Below are positions 61,448 through 64,000 of a stretch of 64,000 bases of DNA, in pieces. Position numbers and translations under genes: made by a program. The notes under the pieces are model-generated. The model was not told the origin of the DNA, did no database searches, and worked only from the letters and a program-made list of their open reading frames with translations. Within the stretch, counting starts at the first letter, position 1, and each line of letters opens with the position of its first letter. This DNA is from an uncultured Fidelibacterota bacterium (GTDB lineage: Bacteria > Fidelibacterota > Marinisomatia > Marinisomatales > UBA1611). Where the stretch lies: assembly GCA_913040915.1 (NCBI GenBank), contig CAJWHW010000007.1, positions 1 to 64,000 of the forward strand, read 5' to 3'.

Positions 61448-62785
61448 TTAAATACAAGATCGAATTTGGTTTACGAGCTTGTTTGCTTCTAATTTATTTA
61501 CCGCTTCTGCATAGATGCGCATGATTGGCTCTGTATTTGAATTCCGTAAATGAACCCACCGATCTGCCCATGTGAACTTTACACCGTCTAATGTATTTGT
61601 ATCTGCATCATGAAAAAGAGATTGGACCTTTTGGATTAAGGTATCCGAATCAATACCATCTAAATCCACTTTATCTTTTACAATTTCAAATTGTGGTAAT
61701 AACTGATGAATCTTACCGAGCGAATTTTCTGTTTGGGACATCCGATTCAAAACCATTGTTGCCCCTACTAACGAATCTCGTCCTAAATGGCATTCTCTAA
61801 GGATTACACCACCATTTCCTTCTCCCCCGAGCTCTGAACCAATTTCATTCATTTTATTTACTACATTAATTTCTCCTACAGCCGTCCGAGCAACTGAAAT
61901 ATTATTTACTTCAGCCAATTTTTCTAAAGCCAAAGACGTGGATAAATTCACCACAAATGGGTCTGTTTTATTGGTCTCCTTCATATATCCATCTGCTGCC
62001 AATACCAGCGTATATTCTTCCCCCAATGGGTTTCCATTTTCATCTACCGTGGCCAAGCGATCTGCATCAGGGTCAACAGCAAATCCACACGCTGCACCAT
62101 ATTTAATAACAGCTTGAGATAAATCAGTTAAATTTTCTGGGAGCGGTTCCGTCCCTCGGGTAAAATTCCCATTAGGCTCACAATTGATTTCTATTACATC
62201 GCACCCTAAAGATTCTAACATGGCAGGGAGAGCCTGAGCTCCAGCACCATTTACCGCATCAATCACAACTTTAAAATGGCGGCGTTGAATTCTGGTTAGC
62301 TCAATGCAGGATAAACTGGCACATGCGATCACATGTTTTTGAATGGCATTTTTTTCAGGCCAGACTATTCCCGGATCATCCGCATTTGGGAGTTCAGTAT
62401 TCTTATCTACTAATTCAAATAATTTTTCACAATCTTCTGGGTGGAAAAATGTACTGTCATCTCGAACAAACTTTAACCCATTCCATTCAATTGGGTTATG
62501 GCTGGCAGTAACAATAAATCCACCAATAGCTTCCGTATTGTGAACCATATATTGAATTGTTGGTGTGGGAACAATATCACAAAAAATAACCGTTCTTCCA
62601 AGTCGAGTGAGCTCACTCATCATAGTATGAAGAATATCATCTCCTGATGGACGGCTATCACGTCCAGCTATAATAACGCCTGCCGGTAAAAATTGATGGA
62701 GCGCTTTTGCATACACAATTGCAGATTCTGGTGTTAAATGTGTTTTTGTAAGCCCGCGAACACCAGAGATACTTCTAATTAACAT
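61448..62785 (-). CDS. Phosphohexomutase (GlmM/PMM-PGM family)
   Basis: SISGVRG, GRDSR, TASHNP, DPDADR, VGE, GGEGNGG, R.SNTEP..R. Confidence 0.92.
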   Translation of the reverse strand: MLIRSISGVRGLTKTHLTPESAIVYAKALHQFLPAGVIIAGRDSRPSGDDILHTMMSELTRLGRTVIFCDIVPTPTIQYMVHNTEAIGGFIVTASHNPIEWNGLKFVRDDSTFFHPEDCEKLFELVDKNTELPNADDPGIVWPEKNAIQKHVIACASLSCIELTRIQRRHFKVVIDAVNGAGAQALPAMLESLGCDVIEINCEPNGNFTRGTEPLPENLTDLSQAVIKYGAACGFAVDPDADRLATVDENGNPLGEEYTLVLAADGYMKETNKTDPFVVNLSTSLALEKLAEVNNISVARTAVGEINVVNKMNEIGSELGGEGNGGVILRECHLGRDSLVGATMVLNRMSQTENSLGKIHQLLPQFEIVKDKVDLDGIDSDTLIQKVQSLFHDADTNTLDGVKFTWADRWVHLRNSNTEPIMRIYAEAVNKLEANKLVNQIRSCI

Positions 62786-62964
62786 TTTAATTGATGGTTA
62801 AAGTAAGGAGTTGAGAACAAAAAGCTATGGAAGTTATAGAAATGAATTTAGCAAATAGAAATGATAAATTGATTTTATTTAGATATAAGATTCCATTTTA
62901 GAGTTTAAATTAAAATTGGTGAAAAATTTTCCATATTATATTGACCTAAGTTCAAGGTATTCAT

Positions 62965-62998
62965 AAAAAGAAAAAAGCCCCGGAAAAACCGAGGCTTT
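62965..62998 (-). terminator. Rho-independent terminator downstream of rpsU
   Basis: Minus strand AAAGCCTCGG-TTTTT-CCGGGGCTTT hairpin (one G-U pair) followed by TTTCTTTTT. Confidence 0.85.
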
Positions 62999-63019
62999 CA
63001 TCAATTCCCAAACGGGTGC

Positions 63020-63265
63020 CTACTTGCGTCGCCTGCGACGTCGCTGACGGCTGGCACGCGGATCGTTCCGCAATGCTTCTATCCTGGCAAGCCTTTTAAT
63101 ACGACGGGCTGTTTTCTTTCGAGCTTCCCGCTTTGCATCACTTGGCTTTTCATAGAAGGATCGAGTCCTAACTTCCCGAAGAATACCTGCTCGCTCCCAC
63201 ATCTTTTTAAATCGACGCAGGGCTCGTTCAAATGATTCCTTTTCTCTTACCTGGACTTCAACCAC
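63020..63265 (-). CDS. rpsU: 30S ribosomal protein bS21 with Arg-rich C-terminal extension
   Basis: [34 protein letters not shown] start. Confidence 0.95.
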   Translation of the reverse strand: MVEVQVREKESFERALRRFKKMWERAGILREVRTRSFYEKPSDAKREARKKTARRIKRLARIEALRNDPRASRQRRRRRRK

Positions 63266-63269
63266 TTAA

Positions 63270-63278
63270 ATCACCTCC
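63270..63278 (-). promoter_or_regulatory. Extended Shine-Dalgarno GGAGGTGAT upstream of rpsU
   Basis: Minus strand TTGGAGGTGATTTAAGTG; 9-nt complement of the canonical 16S 3' tail. Confidence 0.85.
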
Positions 63279-63365
63279 AAAGTGTAGTTTGTGGTTATTT
63301 ATTACAAAATTTCTCGCTTCAGAAAAGCCGGCGATTTTACCGGTATACTGACCATTTTCCAAGAG

Positions 63366-64000
63366 TTAAACCATGGATGCAAATTCTTCAACCGTCAGCG
63401 TTTCCGGCCGTCGGGTGAAATCAATTTTATTCTGAATCTCTTTTGGAATATTCCAACTTTTTAATGTATTTCTTAGCATTTTCCGCCTTTGAGAGAAAGC
63501 CGTAGTGACTAATTTATTAAACTTTTTGTATTTTTCATCTGGAACTATTGGAGCTTCTTTTTTTGTAAAACGTACAATAGCGGACTCTACTTTTGGTTTG
63601 GGAATAAATACATCTGGCGAAATGGAAAAACAATATTTGACATTTAAGTATGCACCAACCACAACCGAAAGCCTTCCATAAGCTTTTGTCCCGACTTCTG
63701 CGGACAAGCGCTCGGCCATTTCTTTTTGCATCATAATATGAGCATCAGTCCAAAAATCTAATTGTTCAATAAGCCAAAAAAGAATAGGCGATGTAATATT
63801 ATATGGTATATTGCCTACCACGCGAACAGGCTCAGAAATAGGTAATTCATTGATTTCTTGCAAAAGTACATCACCATGGAGAATATGAAGCCCTTCTAGA
63901 ACAGATCTGTTTTTTAAATGATCTATTAGCATTGGATCAATTTCAATAGCAGCTATTTCTTTTACATCAGGTAAAACCCTTTCAGTAAGTGCACCCTCTC
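63366..64000 (-). CDS. rsmA: 16S rRNA dimethyladenosine transferase RsmA/KsgA, 5'-truncated by the window edge
   Basis: Frame open to the edge (..EGALTERVL...AIEIDP); GNIPYNITSPIL, QKE.AER, YGRLSV, F.PKPKVES, F.QRRKMLRN. Confidence 0.95.
   Translation of the reverse strand, partial: EGALTERVLPDVKEIAAIEIDPMLIDHLKNRSVLEGLHILHGDVLLQEINELPISEPVRVVGNIPYNITSPILFWLIEQLDFWTDAHIMMQKEMAERLSAEVGTKAYGRLSVVVGAYLNVKYCFSISPDVFIPKPKVESAIVRFTKKEAPIVPDEKYKKFNKLVTTAFSQRRKMLRNTLKSWNIPKEIQNKIDFTRRPETLTVEEFASMV

Overview
AT-rich bacterial chromosome segment. It is most consistent with an FCB-superphylum marine lineage such as Ca. Marinimicrobia; this is inferred from the T9SS-type C-terminal domain, a DUF4835/PorD-like gene, DUF2723, Gln at +1 after signal peptides and gene order, and is not proven. 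Most of the window is housekeeping on the minus strand: kdsB-pyrG-kdsA-kdsC-lptC-lptB-rpoN-hflKC-hslVU-argF, a TolC/MacAB-type exporter, cca, valS, recG, rlmD, a deoxynucleoside-catabolism operon, rpsU and a partial rsmA. A plus-strand block (43.6-54.6 kb) carries pabABC-like genes, MOSC, HMA-MauE and an MMPL/Lol-like export cluster. The first 12 kb is the accessory part and holds the best candidate for a new system: a five-gene operon (12054->4166) with a divergent GldL/GldM-like (PorL/PorM-like) ion-driven motor pair. The pair lacks gldK/gldN and is instead flanked by a cadherin-repeat lipoprotein and two apparently paralogous outer-membrane proteins, one carrying cadherins and one carrying nested SHD1-like domains. 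Facing this operon is a phage-tail-fibre-like / T9SS-cargo / LamG module. Three pseudogene remnants that the ORF track misses or shows only in part (LamG, GNAT, trypsin-like protease) were found by manual translation. No rRNA, tRNA, CRISPR array, integrase or transposase was recognised. All family assignments come from motif recognition by eye, not database searches.
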